Assembly: GCA_002633005.1 (NCBI GenBank)
Contig: NMRA01000440.1
Location: 14,613 to 78,612, forward strand
DNA from: Phoronis australis
Taxonomy: Eukaryota; Animalia; Phoronida
DNA: 64,000 nucleotides
Reading direction: 5' to 3'
A program made the position numbers and the translations under genes. Below, one piece after another: positions 41,001 to 52,029 of this stretch (positions are counted from its first letter, which is position 1; each line of letters begins with the position of its first letter). Under the pieces are notes generated by a model. It was given only the letters and a program-made list of their open reading frames with translations. It was not told the origin of the DNA and searched no databases.

Positions 41001-44000
41001 GACCCCTTTACAGCTGACCCAGGTCGTGACCCTTTTACTGCAGACCCAGGTCGGGACCCCTTCACTCCTGACCCAGGTCGTGACCCTTTTGCGGCTGACC
41101 CTGGACGTGATGCTTTTTTAGTGGAGGCAGGTCTACTTGCTGATTTCTGAGCAGACAGTTTCTGTGCCATATCCTCAGCTATACTTTCGAGTTTGATATC
41201 AGAAGCGTCAGTCTTGTAATCAGCTGGTGTCTTGCCGTGCATGTCTTTTAACGTCTCATCTGCTCCAGCAGTTTTTAGCGTATCATAGATGGCGCTATCA
41301 CCAACTGCTGCATAATGAAGCGCAGTCCGGAGGTCCTGTAAAATTTATAAGTTTACACCTGAATATAAGTGTATTCATCCACATGACTTGCACTATGTTA
41401 TATCCCCTGAATGCCAGTTTAGTGCTACTTAGCTATTTATAAATATCTATTGTTATCCAACTGGTTTTGTAGCACTCTAAGCACTCCCAAAGACTCAAAT
41501 GCAGAATAATCCCATCTTGGATGGCTCTCAAATATTGAGTTGCATTGAGGTCAGGCCTTTATCCAGGATTTCGAAAATAGGGTGTCCAAAATGGGGTTCC
41601 CNAGCAATCCCCCCCAAACACACAGATTTTTTTACACAAAAATGCATAGACCAAGGTTTTTACATCTAAGTTTACAAAACAGCCTTCTGTAGTGAGCATT
41701 TTTAATAAAAAAATGGTGTAGACCAAGACTTTTACAATGCTATCAACCAAGTGTGAGCTTAGCAACATTGTATATACTTTGTATATTTCTTCCTGCTTTG
41801 AAAAAAATCCCCACTGTGAGCCTTCAGAGGCTTCCTAGTAATCACTACAATGTGTGTGTCCAAACTTGAAAGGTTCCTATTGACAGTGGGCGTCCAAAGG
41901 ATACTTTGAGCGTCCTTGCCAGGACGTCCATATTAGTGCTGGGGCGTCCATTTGGACGCCCAGGACGTACGCTGCATAAAGGCCTGACTCAGGTGGTGCT
42001 GGACTTGAATGTATTTTATATCTGTAAGGTACGTTAAAAAGGAATTTGCTTATAGTTGTTTCCGCTGTTGCACTGCTTCAGTCATGGCACAAACTTGCAC
42101 TAGAATAGGTTGGACCTGCCCAAATGTACTTCCGCAAAAGGAAAATGTTTTTCCAGGTGGACGCTTGCACCAGACCTTGTCATGAAACAAGCTCTGTCAT
42201 TTAGACGCAGTTGATCAGACACTTACGTTGTCAGCCATGTTGAGGGCATCTGGGTAATCAGCAATGAAGTACTGAACTATGCCAGCTTGCTTTAGAATGA
42301 CTGCTTTGTGCAACACATTCTTTCCAGTTACATCTAGCGCTAAAGCCAACACTTTGCGATCTATCAAGGCCTTTAGTTTGTCATCAGATCCTTCCTTTAT
42401 GGCCTCATACATGCTCAACAGTTTACCCTAAAAAACCAAAATGGCATTGTGTCATTGTACATCATAACATCATGAATGGTAGACACATCGTGTATCTACT
42501 CTCTGAGCCATGAGAACTACCTAGTGGACATTAAAATAATTTGTATAAGGGCATTTATTAGGAGAATGGCTTTCTGGGAAATCCATTCAGTAGGATCACT
42601 GTTTAAGGGAAAATGTGTATGCTGGTGAAAAACGTGGATACTCGGGTGAAAACATGTATACTGGTGAAAACAGTTTTTCCTAAACAAATCTGTCGCAGGG
42701 TGTGCCAGGGTACATTGCTACCAAACTTACCACAGGCTATGCTTGGGTACGTTGCTTCCTAACCTGCTACAGGCTGTGCCAAGGTACATTGCAACCAAAC
42801 TTGCTACTGGCTGTGCCAGCATACATTGCTTTCAAAACCTGCCAGCCTTCGGGCTGTGCTAGGGTGCATTGCTACCAAAAATGGAGTGTGCGATCTTTTC
42901 TGTTATAATAGTTGGAGTGGCACCACATCCCATCTATCTGATTACTGTTTCTCATGAAGACACTGGCATTCCATTGTGGGTTAGCAATTATTGCTTGTGA
43001 CAGTTCTGTGGCTAGGTTTTAGGTTACCAAGTCAATAAAGTACTGTTAGTATGTTTTGTTGAATAGGCAGCAATGAGGCGTTGAATAACTGGCAAGGAGG
43101 CGCTCAATAGCCGGCAAGGAGGGGCTTAATAGGCAGCAGTGAGGCACTGAATAGGTGGCAATGAAGTGCGGAATCGACAGGTATGAGGCGTTGCCAGGTC
43201 ATCTTGAAGATAGCAGGGGGGGTGGCCAGCTGATCAGCAGTGCATACACGTCTTAAGCCATACATCAGCGGTCCTGTATATATGGCTGTTGCCTCTTCAA
43301 CAAACTTAACATGAACAGTACAGTACAATTTCTAGAACATAGACGTGAACTGTCATGTTTTCACTCACCAGTGTTTCTGGTATGCTTTTCACAAATGTCT
43401 CAACCTCAGCTGATCCTGCCAGAGTGACCCCTGTTGTCAAAGGGTCAAAGCCAGCCAGTACCAGCTTCTCGAGTTCCTCTACTTTACCCTCTTTGGCCAG
43501 ACCCTCGAGATGATCCTTGATAGCCTGCTGCTGACCCTGGTCACCTGACTTGACCGCTCTGTCCCAGGCTGTGTGCCCTGACTCATCTCTCTTGGCCAGG
43601 TCGCTGAAGTCTGCCATTGTTACTTCACCTGTTGTGAACAAATGGCAAGTTTCCTTTAGGAATGAGTAAATAGGATGGAGAGATTTACAAATATTGCTGA
43701 CAGGAGGTACTAATTTTGGACTATAAAACGTGGGATTCTGTGGACAAACATTTAAAAACACTGAGAAATTAGACATGGTCAGTGAGCAGTAGACAATCTG
43801 TTGAGCTGAATACTCATGGTGTGTAATAATAATAGTTGCCTGACAACTCAGCTGAAGACATTGTAGTTATCGCGAGGTAGCGCTGCACGCTAAGATTTTT
43901 TTCAATGTGACAATTTGGGAACATTTACATTTGCTAATTGATATTAAACTGATTTTTAAATCAATTGGTTATTATTAGCGCAAAACAAAATATAAGTAGC

Positions 44001-45748
44001 TATTAGTGACGGAGTTAACTGGAGCTGTTAACTGGGATCCAGGACCGGAGTTAAGCGTTCATATTGACTGCAACTCCCCCAAACCGTGGATGCGTCGATG
44101 TTAGTATGAAAGGCCTTGTGTGTCACAGTGGCTTTATATTCCAATTACTGTTGGTGCCATTAATATTCTAACTTGATGATATCTCACACCTTTGTACATC
44201 AAATGATATCAAACCAAGTAGAACCATCATCAGAATCTCATTGATAAGACATTTTGTCTATCGATTAAAATAGAAATCTGATTTAGGAATATTTGGGTTT
44301 TGTTACCGCAGTGTCTAACTGCGCGGTTTTTTCCATATTACAGTGTCCTATTGATTCTAATGGTGTATGTTTCTAAGGGTGTCAATTTCACCTCTCTCAA
44401 CTGTAACTTTGGCTGGTAACATGACATTCTCTTGATCCTTGTTTTTCATGCAATTTAAAAGCAGATTGTTCCAATTGTTTTAGAACTGACTGTGATTGTT
44501 GGTTAGTTTCTGTCGCGTGGTGTGAAACTGCTCATTAGTGCACTGTTAAGATATTTTAAGAACAATTGTTGTCTACTGTGAGATGAAGGTAAACACACAA
44601 TGTGTGGTTGAAATTTCTCACTTTATCCCAACCACACATGCAGTGATTTCCAGTCAATATCCCTGTGCAAACTATTATCCCCACTTTGTCTTATTGAGCA
44701 GTCCTCCGAACAGTAGCATTGTTCACCTCAATCAATCTTAAGTTATTGTTTAAACCATGTAATTGGATAATTACCATGTCACCTCTCTAACTTGATAATC
44801 AATGGTAACTTCAGACACCAGTCGTCTTTATCCTATAAAGACTAAAGTTAAAAAGCTCTACTGGCAGTACTGGCAACTACCAGACACAGAATAACCTAAT
44901 TTAGGCATATGCTGAACAATTATTACCTGTTGACTCTTTTAGTTAATGATTTCTGTGCCTTATACTCAGCTTGTGAACTTCACTGTTACTTGATGTGATG
45001 GACATTCAGTCTACCACTTACTGCCTGTTGCTATGTATAGTTAGTCTGGTTGCTAAGTCAGCCATTAATAAACTAGCCTCAGGTGTGTTGTGATTGTGCA
45101 GGTTTTATTTACATAATGAAGGAGGTCATGGGCTATATGTTTGACTGAGACTTTCTATTCAGGGCAGGACTGTGCTCTTTGAATGGACAGGCTTTAAGGG
45201 ATTAAATTGTTATTGCATAAAATGTGTTAGTGGAAATGTGTAATAAAATTATGTGAGTCCCTAACCAGTCAGTAAATACAAAAGGTTAATTTCACTGCTT
45301 GTAAATATTATGCTTGGTTGTGGAAAACCTTATGAAACCTTGTGTGATTTTCCCAAGCCTTGAAACCAATGTCATTAATACTTACAAAAGTCACATTTAG
45401 TTTTTTGCTTAAAATGAAAACATCAGGTGTGAAGTTTGAAACCTGGTGTGCTTTTCCAGAGCTAAAGTTACATGTTCTGTTTAATCAAAGAAATTGGATA
45501 TTTTTGTGATTGTTCTATAATATAATTTGATTGTATGTTATTCTGGTGTCAGTCTAAAGTCTCATTTTGTGTACATTACCTAAATGCACTCCTCCATTGC
45601 AGGTTACCATGACAAAGGCTCATACCCTGTTCCCAGCTTTTATAACCCCATACCTTGGAGAGCCCCGGACATACCCAAGGAAAAAACTGACAAACCTGTT
45701 AAGAAAAAGACCCTCAAATACAAATGGAATCCTGACAAATATTATTGA
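23062..45748 (+). CDS. CCDC34: Coiled-coil domain-containing protein 34. Exons 23062-23261 (or 23273), 26022-26232, 29675-29833, 31821-32016, 45603-45748; ~303 aa
   Basis: Phase-matched exons give a Ser-rich N-terminus, MTAWETWLVRKEK, Glu/Lys coiled coils with W.EHK repeats, FEAWCKKAQKQPRPLNNSFGYTCGKLTG|YHDKGSYPVPSFYNPIPW. This matches the CCDC34 signature (PWEVWF.GKEK...KPRP...GY..GKLTG...YP.P.FYNPIPW). The exon 1 donor is uncertain. Confidence 0.88.
23561..25856. mobile_element. Putative non-autonomous DNA transposon in CCDC34 intron 1
   Basis: Imperfect TIRs GGGGCAATTCC / GGAGTTGACCT, and a recurring subterminal motif TGTGACGGA at ~23742, 23907, 25663 and 25829. AT-rich interior with no ORF. 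Confidence 0.4.
26884..27071. repeat. Minisatellite, 47-bp unit x4
   Basis: TAATTACTACTGAGAGCTAGTGTTTGCTGCCACTCCCTTCCAGCATG repeated head-to-tail with no spacers. Confidence 0.95.
29420..29572. repeat. Foldback palindrome/MITE (~150-nt imperfect hairpin)
   Basis: Nested inverted blocks ATACACAACGTAC/GTACGTTTTGTGTAT, GATGAAGTAATATCCCA/TGGGATATTGCTTCATC and CATTATTCCAC/GTGGAGTAATG. Confidence 0.75.
31060..31520 (-). mobile_element. Penelope-like element GIY-YIG endonuclease fragment
   Basis: LVYRQPPNLRNMLVRS...KFSCSSVGIVYLIRCGKCPHAWYFGETCNSLCTRMNGHR...PIGEHFHLPGH is the typical PLE GIY-YIG region. Confidence 0.85.
32176..34703. mobile_element. ~2.5-kb DNA transposon relic with ~100-bp imperfect TIRs and a decayed THAP domain
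   Basis: 32176-32273 is the imperfect reverse complement of 34608-34703. The interior at ~32390 (+) reads MPQVCCVPG...HRLQKDDTLRRTWLIHV...HF (THAP-like, frameshifted). It contains a 12-bp repeat (CAAGAAGTCTCR x6, ~32580-32655). Confidence 0.7.
35330..43617 (-). CDS. Ankyrin-repeat + Dpy-30 (DYDC-like) + coiled-coil protein, 658 aa, nested in the last CCDC34 intron. Exons 43369-43617, 42227-42427, 40936-41335, 40535-40770, 39719-39894, 38059-38330, 36455-36609, 35858-36058, 35330-35416
   Basis: Nine phase-compatible GT-AG exons total 1977 nt. Ankyrin motifs: GHTAW, GKNVLHKAV, RTALHYAA, GKTPAD, GRTKLHYAV, NQTPRDIA, GRTALHKAV, HTPLHYA. Dpy-30 motif: [42 protein letters not shown] on the minus strand at ~35224-35229. 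Probable non-coding first exon ending at 44927. Confidence 0.88.
37455..38045. repeat. 15-bp tandem repeat (GTGGGTGATGAGARG) running into an assembly gap (N 37530-38045)
   Basis: About five units are visible before the N run. Confidence 0.85.
39190..39720. repeat. 67-bp pyrimidine-rich minisatellite (~8 units) abutting an exon of the ankyrin/Dpy-30 gene
   Basis: CACACTCTTGTACCCTRTCAATACTYCAAAGAACCACACCCCTTCCCTCT.CA.TTA.TTTCTCTA recurs at 39328, 39395, 39462 and onward. Confidence 0.9.
41552..41986. mobile_element. Non-autonomous DNA transposon (hAT-like MITE)
   Basis: 11-bp perfect TIRs CAGGCCTTTAT / ATAAAGGCCTG. Flanks ATTGAGGT and ACTCAGGT match at 6/8 positions, a possible eroded 8-bp TSD. 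Confidence 0.7.
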
Positions 45749-48700
45749 CTGCGTCACACTGTCTGTGTGTTAACAGGAAATACAAGTAATGTGTTGCTGC
45801 CTGCGATTTATGGGATATCTTTTGATTTAGTCCTGCATGTTTTCAGTTTTGATTTTGATTTTGATATGGATAAATAATTTATTCATTATGACTTTGTTAT
45901 CTTTTGATACCTACAAACTGTTTTGCAGTTTCTGATCTTTAAATATTTTTGGAAATAACTGTGAACAGAGTATCTATACGTCGTAATAAAATAATTGTGC
46001 CTTTGATTTCTTCTTCTTTTTCAGCGTTCCCGAGCCTTTGATTTAAAATGCAGGTTTTATTGTTTTAATTATTTTTTATCAAGTTACACCCCAGTCGGGT
46101 AGTTTATCATGTCTGCTCTTTTTCACGACTCTTCCAATCGACTGATCTTTCAAGCAGCACCTCTCTCTCTCTGTTTAGCTGACTACCTGATAATTTGATA
46201 TAAAGTCATAAGACATTTTTTATTTTCGTTTCTGTGATTCTTTTGCATTTGCCTTATTTTTGCAAATTTGTCTCTGTGTTCAGGTGCTAAAATTCAACAG
46301 CTGAAGTAAAAAATGTCTTTCAAACGCTGAGAGAATTTCCTGAAATTGGAGTCAGTCCCAGATAATAGGGTGTAGGGCCGTGTACAAACCTGGAGCTCTG
46401 CAGAGGCAGGGACCAGTTGGTGTTTTGCACAATTAAAGCCCACTACTGCAAAAATCCCACTACTCCAAAAGCCCAGTACTGGGAATAAGACACTACTCTA
46501 AAAAGAAAATTTTGGAACTTTTTACTCCAAACTTACGGAGCTCATTTTCAAAATTTCATCAGAATCAGAAATTCAAAAATGATATTTATGTATGCTTGAT
46601 TCATCTAAGAAACACTTTTCTCATTTTTTTTTTTTGTAAATGCTGACCATGTGGTGCAAGAGTTATTGTTTGTAAACCACCTAAAGATCATTTAGGCTAA
46701 ACATGTTCACACATGGGTATTCTTACCATCATCAGAGTGTCTTTATGGGTTCCCTCAAACAAACACGTTATCAAGGGATACGAGAGTGTGCAAAGATGGT
46801 AGAAACAAGTCATTGTACTTCATTGTCACAATTTTATTTCCTAAAAAAGTAGAAAAATCATGAAATTGGAAAATATCCAAAAGAATGTTCTCCACACTGG
46901 ATGTTCCCCCAACCGCTGGCTCATGTTCGCTTTCAAAAAATATTTATAAATTTCAATATACTGATGGAGGTTTTGAATGTTGTTAAACTTGATATTAAGT
47001 GCCATCCGATCCTTTTTAGCATCTGTTTTTATGACGAATGAAAAGAGTTTCAGCTTATTTATTGTAGATTTGTCGAAAATATACGTGTCGTTAAACGTGC
47101 TTACTGTTGGAAAACATATTCCATTTTAACTACGTACAATAAAGACACTCTATTTTGACGTCCTTTTGCGCTGTCATTAATACTGAGGAACATGAACAAA
47201 AAATTGCTTACAAAAATTACCTTTAAAACATTGAGGCAAAGGTGAGAGGTCAAGGACACAGCGGTACTAGGAATATCGGGAAGACCCCTTAATGGATTTC
47301 AAACTCAGAGTAATGTTTTTGGAGTAGACGACGAATCGAGCATCAATATCGTTTTAAATTTAAAAAATTGGTTTAGTAGTCTTCGAATAAATAAATTCAA
47401 AAAATGGTTGTTGTGAGCCTTCGGAGTAGTCACCTGTTACTGTTTAGGACAAAGTTTAAAAACTTGAAAATGGGTTAGAGATGGACGTTATGGAGATCGA
47501 AAGAGGTAAAGCTCAACCATGGTGGCGTGAGGAAAGGGGTTGTGCCAAACACGGGGAGCAGCTCAAATTATCTGGGCTCGCAAAATTCTTACCACTCTGG
47601 GCCCCATTAGCCGGTTGCCTAACATGTGGTCCCAAATTGGGACTCCACTACTCACTTTTAATGTGACCCCCTCTTTTACTTATGATATTCTCTAATAAAT
47701 GTCTGAAAAATGATTTATTTCAATGGAAATAACTTGGATACAGTGACTATAGTGGGGGCGTTGCATGAAACGATCACTATTTGTTTTCAATATTATTGAG
47801 AATTCAACGCAGATATGTGTAAAAACTAACTCAAGTAAGAAATAACGATGAGTGTTTGCTGCGCAAACTAAGGACTATCGAGACAGTCCTGATTTAGACC
47901 GTGACTATACTGGCCATTTACAACTGGCTTCACTAGCCTAGACCAGGAAAAACATACTTGGTTCTGGTCTCCCACTCGTGATCTATGTATATTGTTAGTA
48001 GAGATGTTGATGTCTTTGTTATTAGAGCTCGTGTTTATGGGAACAAGTTCCATATGGCCTAAATAAAAAGTTCAGGCCCTAAAAACAGTTGTGTTTACAT
48101 AGCTAAAATCCGAAAATTACCCATAATTGCTTACCGGGAATTCCGACCTCCCGATGAAACACCATGGGCGTTTATTCGGAAAATTGTTTGGTGTTGCAAC
48201 TTCTGGTGTCAAGTGTTTAAATAGCGAGACGTTTATTCGGAAAATTTCCTCTGAAAGCCTACTCAGCCTCAACTTTTTGTCAGAAATTTAGTTTTGTGGA
48301 GCATTTATCATTTTTGAGAACGAAAAATGTGTTTGCGAACTATGCATTTATTTATATAAAATATAAAAACTGCTTAAATAAAAAATATCAAAGTCAGCGA
48401 AATTATGACTTTTCGTTTAAAAGCCCCATTTTTCCACATAAGCGCCCGGGCGTTTATTTTGTGTTACAAAAATTACTGAAATTTTGTATTTTCCGAAAAC
48501 ACACTCATAGGCTTATCTACGGAAAATCCCAGAAGCTAAGTTTGTGTGTGTGTGTGTGTGTATTATTACTGTTTTCAGTTGTTTCTATAATAGTTCATTT
48601 GTCCAATGTTTACCTGTTGCCCAGATGCCGTTTTTTGCCAATTCGATTTCTGAGAAGTAGGCCTGTTGTTACCTGTAGTATTTATCTATACCCGTGAAGT

Positions 48701-49339
48701 AAAATTTTAATAAATGAAAAGTGTACCTTGCAAAGGAATCCAATTCAGCACTTCGTGTTGCTGGCAGCGTACAGTGTATTTGCCGGTTGCCCCACTCTTG
48801 GCGGACTGTTCCACTTTTTGATTTTTTTCTGCCACCCCGCCACACCATCTTAATGCTTCCGATTTTTGATACACGACCAAATTGATATATTATCATATGG
48901 TATTGTAATTTGCCACGTAACAGACCATGTTTCCCCGGTCCACTAAAAAGAAAACAAAACAATGAGACGCTTCATGAGTTCTTGGGGAACCCACGACTTC
49001 ACATTCAACCGTAAAAGAGTTGTTGGGCATTTTTGAGTGTTGTATCTCCCGTTCAACAAAAAAAACTGTCGGTACGTCTTTTGTTGGTTGCAGCGAACAT
49101 TTCACTGTTACGTTTTAGCTTAGACCCACATCTCCCTTTTTTTTCCTGAAGTTCCGCTATATTTTCCGGGTTTTTTTTTGGTTCCTGAATGTTGACCGTG
49201 ACAACTATGCAACACGTGTTCAAAATATTATCGTCTCTTTTCTGAATAGTTTCCAAAGTCCGCTTCTTTTAGTAATATAACAATCGTAAAAATGTGCTCC
49301 AATGTCTCTTATTCAGGGCAACATACACTACGTGTATCA

Positions 49340-50000
49340 GGATTTATTTATTGTGATATTTAAAATGAGGGTGGCCTCTTCAGTGATGGAACTGCTTTCC
49401 AAGAGGTCCCTCAACAACAACAAACAGTAATATAATACAATGAAGTAATAAAACAATTAAATATACGTAACAACGATACAATTAAAACAGGTTGAGAATT
49501 ACGACAATAAATAAATGACAAAAAATGGTGAAAATTTAACCAAGAGAGATGAAATAAATAAAGAGATGACCCTAAACAGTGACAGTATTTATGACAATGA
49601 AAGAATGACATGATTAGACAGGCAGGGTATAAAAAGGTTAGATAAATTACAGCCACTTTTTAATATTACGTTTGTCGGGCCGTTTAATTTCTGGGCTAAA
49701 AGAATTCCATATTGTAGCAGCCGGTCTCGGTTTTAATTTTTTTAAAAGAAACATTTCCAGCAACAGAAGAACGTGTAGTATACACGTTTAAGTACACCGA
49801 TTTTCTTTGATAATTTCTTTGTGATATGATCTTTGTGCATATTAAATTTAAGACTGTGATCTAAAATATGGTCCAAGTACTTAAATTTGGAAACATTCTC
49901 GATGGGAGAACCGTTGATAGCAAGGGACAGTTTTTGTTGAGGATCACTAATTAACTTTTACTTTCTGCAGAAAAGAGTTTAATTCTAAACTTTTGCGGAA
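49340..50000 (-). mobile_element. L2/CR1-type LINE 3' fragment
   Basis: Minus-strand INGSPIENVSKFKYL.HILDHSLKFNMHKDHITKKLSKKIG and IWNSFSPEIK, followed by a stem-loop and an AATAAATAAA-type tail near 49340-49410. Confidence 0.7.
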
Positions 50001-50674
50001 AGTCCTACACTGCAACCAGTGTGATGATCTACCCCCAGTACATTTTAAAGCTACGTGATAGATGTTTGCCCATTTTTATCTATCAGAAAACCTTAATCTG
50101 GAAATTTCGGATAGTGTACTTGGAGTAGTTTATCGAATTTTTTCGCAAATGTCACTGCATTTTGAATTTTTAATGAAGAATATAATTGTATTAAACTGCA
50201 CGAAAGGTCCAATTAATTATAATTTATAAATATGTATAATTTTGACTGAATGCCTGACTAAATTATCCACGTCAAGTGTGAGGGATCCCATGCCAAAAAT
50301 TGTACGACGACACTTGGCTTACCTCAAAATCCAACTGCTGCCTGGTGGTTTGGCCCAGTTATGCTGTTTACCCAGCAGCATTGATGAGGAGCATAATATT
50401 GCAACATTAAACAAAAGTTTTAGGTTGTAAATGTTACATTTCTTGTCCAAAAACCTTCCTCGACATGTGCTTTTCACGAAATATTCAAATATGCTGTTTA
50501 CAAACTTTCAGAATGAAAATTTGAAAATACTATGGTGGTCTCACTATCTAAAGAACGATATCATCCGTCAGCTGCCGGAAGCGATTTTAACGATAACATC
50601 GATGTCTTTGTTCTGAACCGGCACGAAGATTCTGTGGTGCGCAAATATACCGGTCGTGTTGCCCAATCTCTACC

Positions 50675-50899
50675 CATGCGCCCACCCAGGGTGGGCTCGG
50701 GGGACTCGAACGAGCCCCCCATTTGGCGAAGTGGNTCCGAGAAAACGAGGCAAAAGTCCACTAAAAAAGCGCAGACGCACAGTGAAGGTGGTAACCCGTT
50801 TTTATAATCCTCCGAGTCCCTCTTTTTTGTTAACAAAAGGTCCACGTCGCCAGAAATTCGAGCCCCCCCCCCATATTAAAGGCTGGGTGCGCGCGCATG
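50675..50899. mobile_element. MITE family A, copy 3, with 5-bp TSD CTACC
   Basis: CATGCGCCCACCC...GGGTGCGCGCGCATG, flanked by CTACC on both sides. Confidence 0.85.
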
Positions 50900-51431
50900 C
50901 TACCGGTTAGGGCCTGTCAACATAAGATTCTTTTCATGAATATTCTAAAACTTTTGCCTTTATAAGGTAGAAATATTTGAAACACTGAAATTATTTCCCT
51001 TTTGCTTTACTAGTCATTTATATAAAGTCTCTGGTTCATTTCCTCTTTAATGTTACTTTTACACGCTGTTTTTAATTTTGGTAACGCTCTTGGTTTTTGA
51101 AACAAAAAAATATTTTCAAACCAGTCAAGTACGCGAAATGATGATTACTTATGAATTATTTAAGTTAGCTTTTGATATAATCAAGAACTGACGACAACGG
51201 TCTTTTTAACTCTTTGTGCAATTCGGTTGTCTTAACGGCGGAGTTGCAAGTTTTAATGACTGTAGATTCCATCGCATGCACATACACCAGAACAAATGAA
51301 TACAAACAACTTTCACGCATTCCCCAATGCAACCTCAGCAGCCGCGAAATTGAACTGAGGTATTCCAGGACTACACTCTATCACAGTGCTAAACTTTGCA
51401 GTATAGGTGGCGCTGTGTCAGAGGGTATTCC

Positions 51432-51587
51432 AGCCTCCCGTTCAGTAACGCTAGGACCTCGCTAAAAAGCAAGACTTCGCGAGATTACGAGAGATATTGC
51501 CGTGTATTTTAAACGAGAACACGTGACATTGACTAGCTTTTAGCTAGGTCCTAGCGTAGGCCCTAGCGTCTACTGAATGCACGCCAG
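51432..51587. mobile_element. Short MITE upstream of enkurin
   Basis: Inverted arms TTCAGTA-ACGCTAGGACCT.GCTAAAAAGC / GCTTTTTAGCTAGGTCCTAGCGT...TACTGAA. Confidence 0.6.
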
Positions 51588-51893
51588 GACTGGAGTTAGG
51601 CGAATGAAACGTGCCAATTTGAACATGGGAATGATGTTCTTAATTATATGGACAAAGGTTGAATCATTCGTTACAGTGAACCGTAACAAAAATAAAAAAT
51701 ATTCATAAAATCAATTGTTTGTGCTTTGAGATAAATATAATTTATATATAAGATGAAAAGTTCACTGAGTTTGCCTCAAGTTAGCCACAGCGTTTCGCCT
51801 TTTGTCGACGCCACTTTCATGAGTCTCGAATCCAGACTTGAAATTGGCAATGGAGCCTGGATTCGAGACTATTTTTGAAGCGACATCTCTTAG

Positions 51894-51918
51894 CGTGACG
51901 TCACGTTGTCAGGGCGAT
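51894..51918. promoter_or_regulatory. CRE palindrome overlapping an X-box-like motif in the enkurin promoter
   Basis: CGTGACGTCACG (51894-51905) joins GTTGTCAGGGCGAT (51905-51918), ~110 bp upstream of the ATG. Confidence 0.5.
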
Positions 51919-52029
51919 ACTTATTTGTTTGATCTCAGATGCACAATCGCGGCTGTTGTTGTCGGTCATTCATTTGCGGATTGTGAGGAGAGAGGGAATT
52001 GTACACTAAAATTTCGGATTCAAAGTAAA

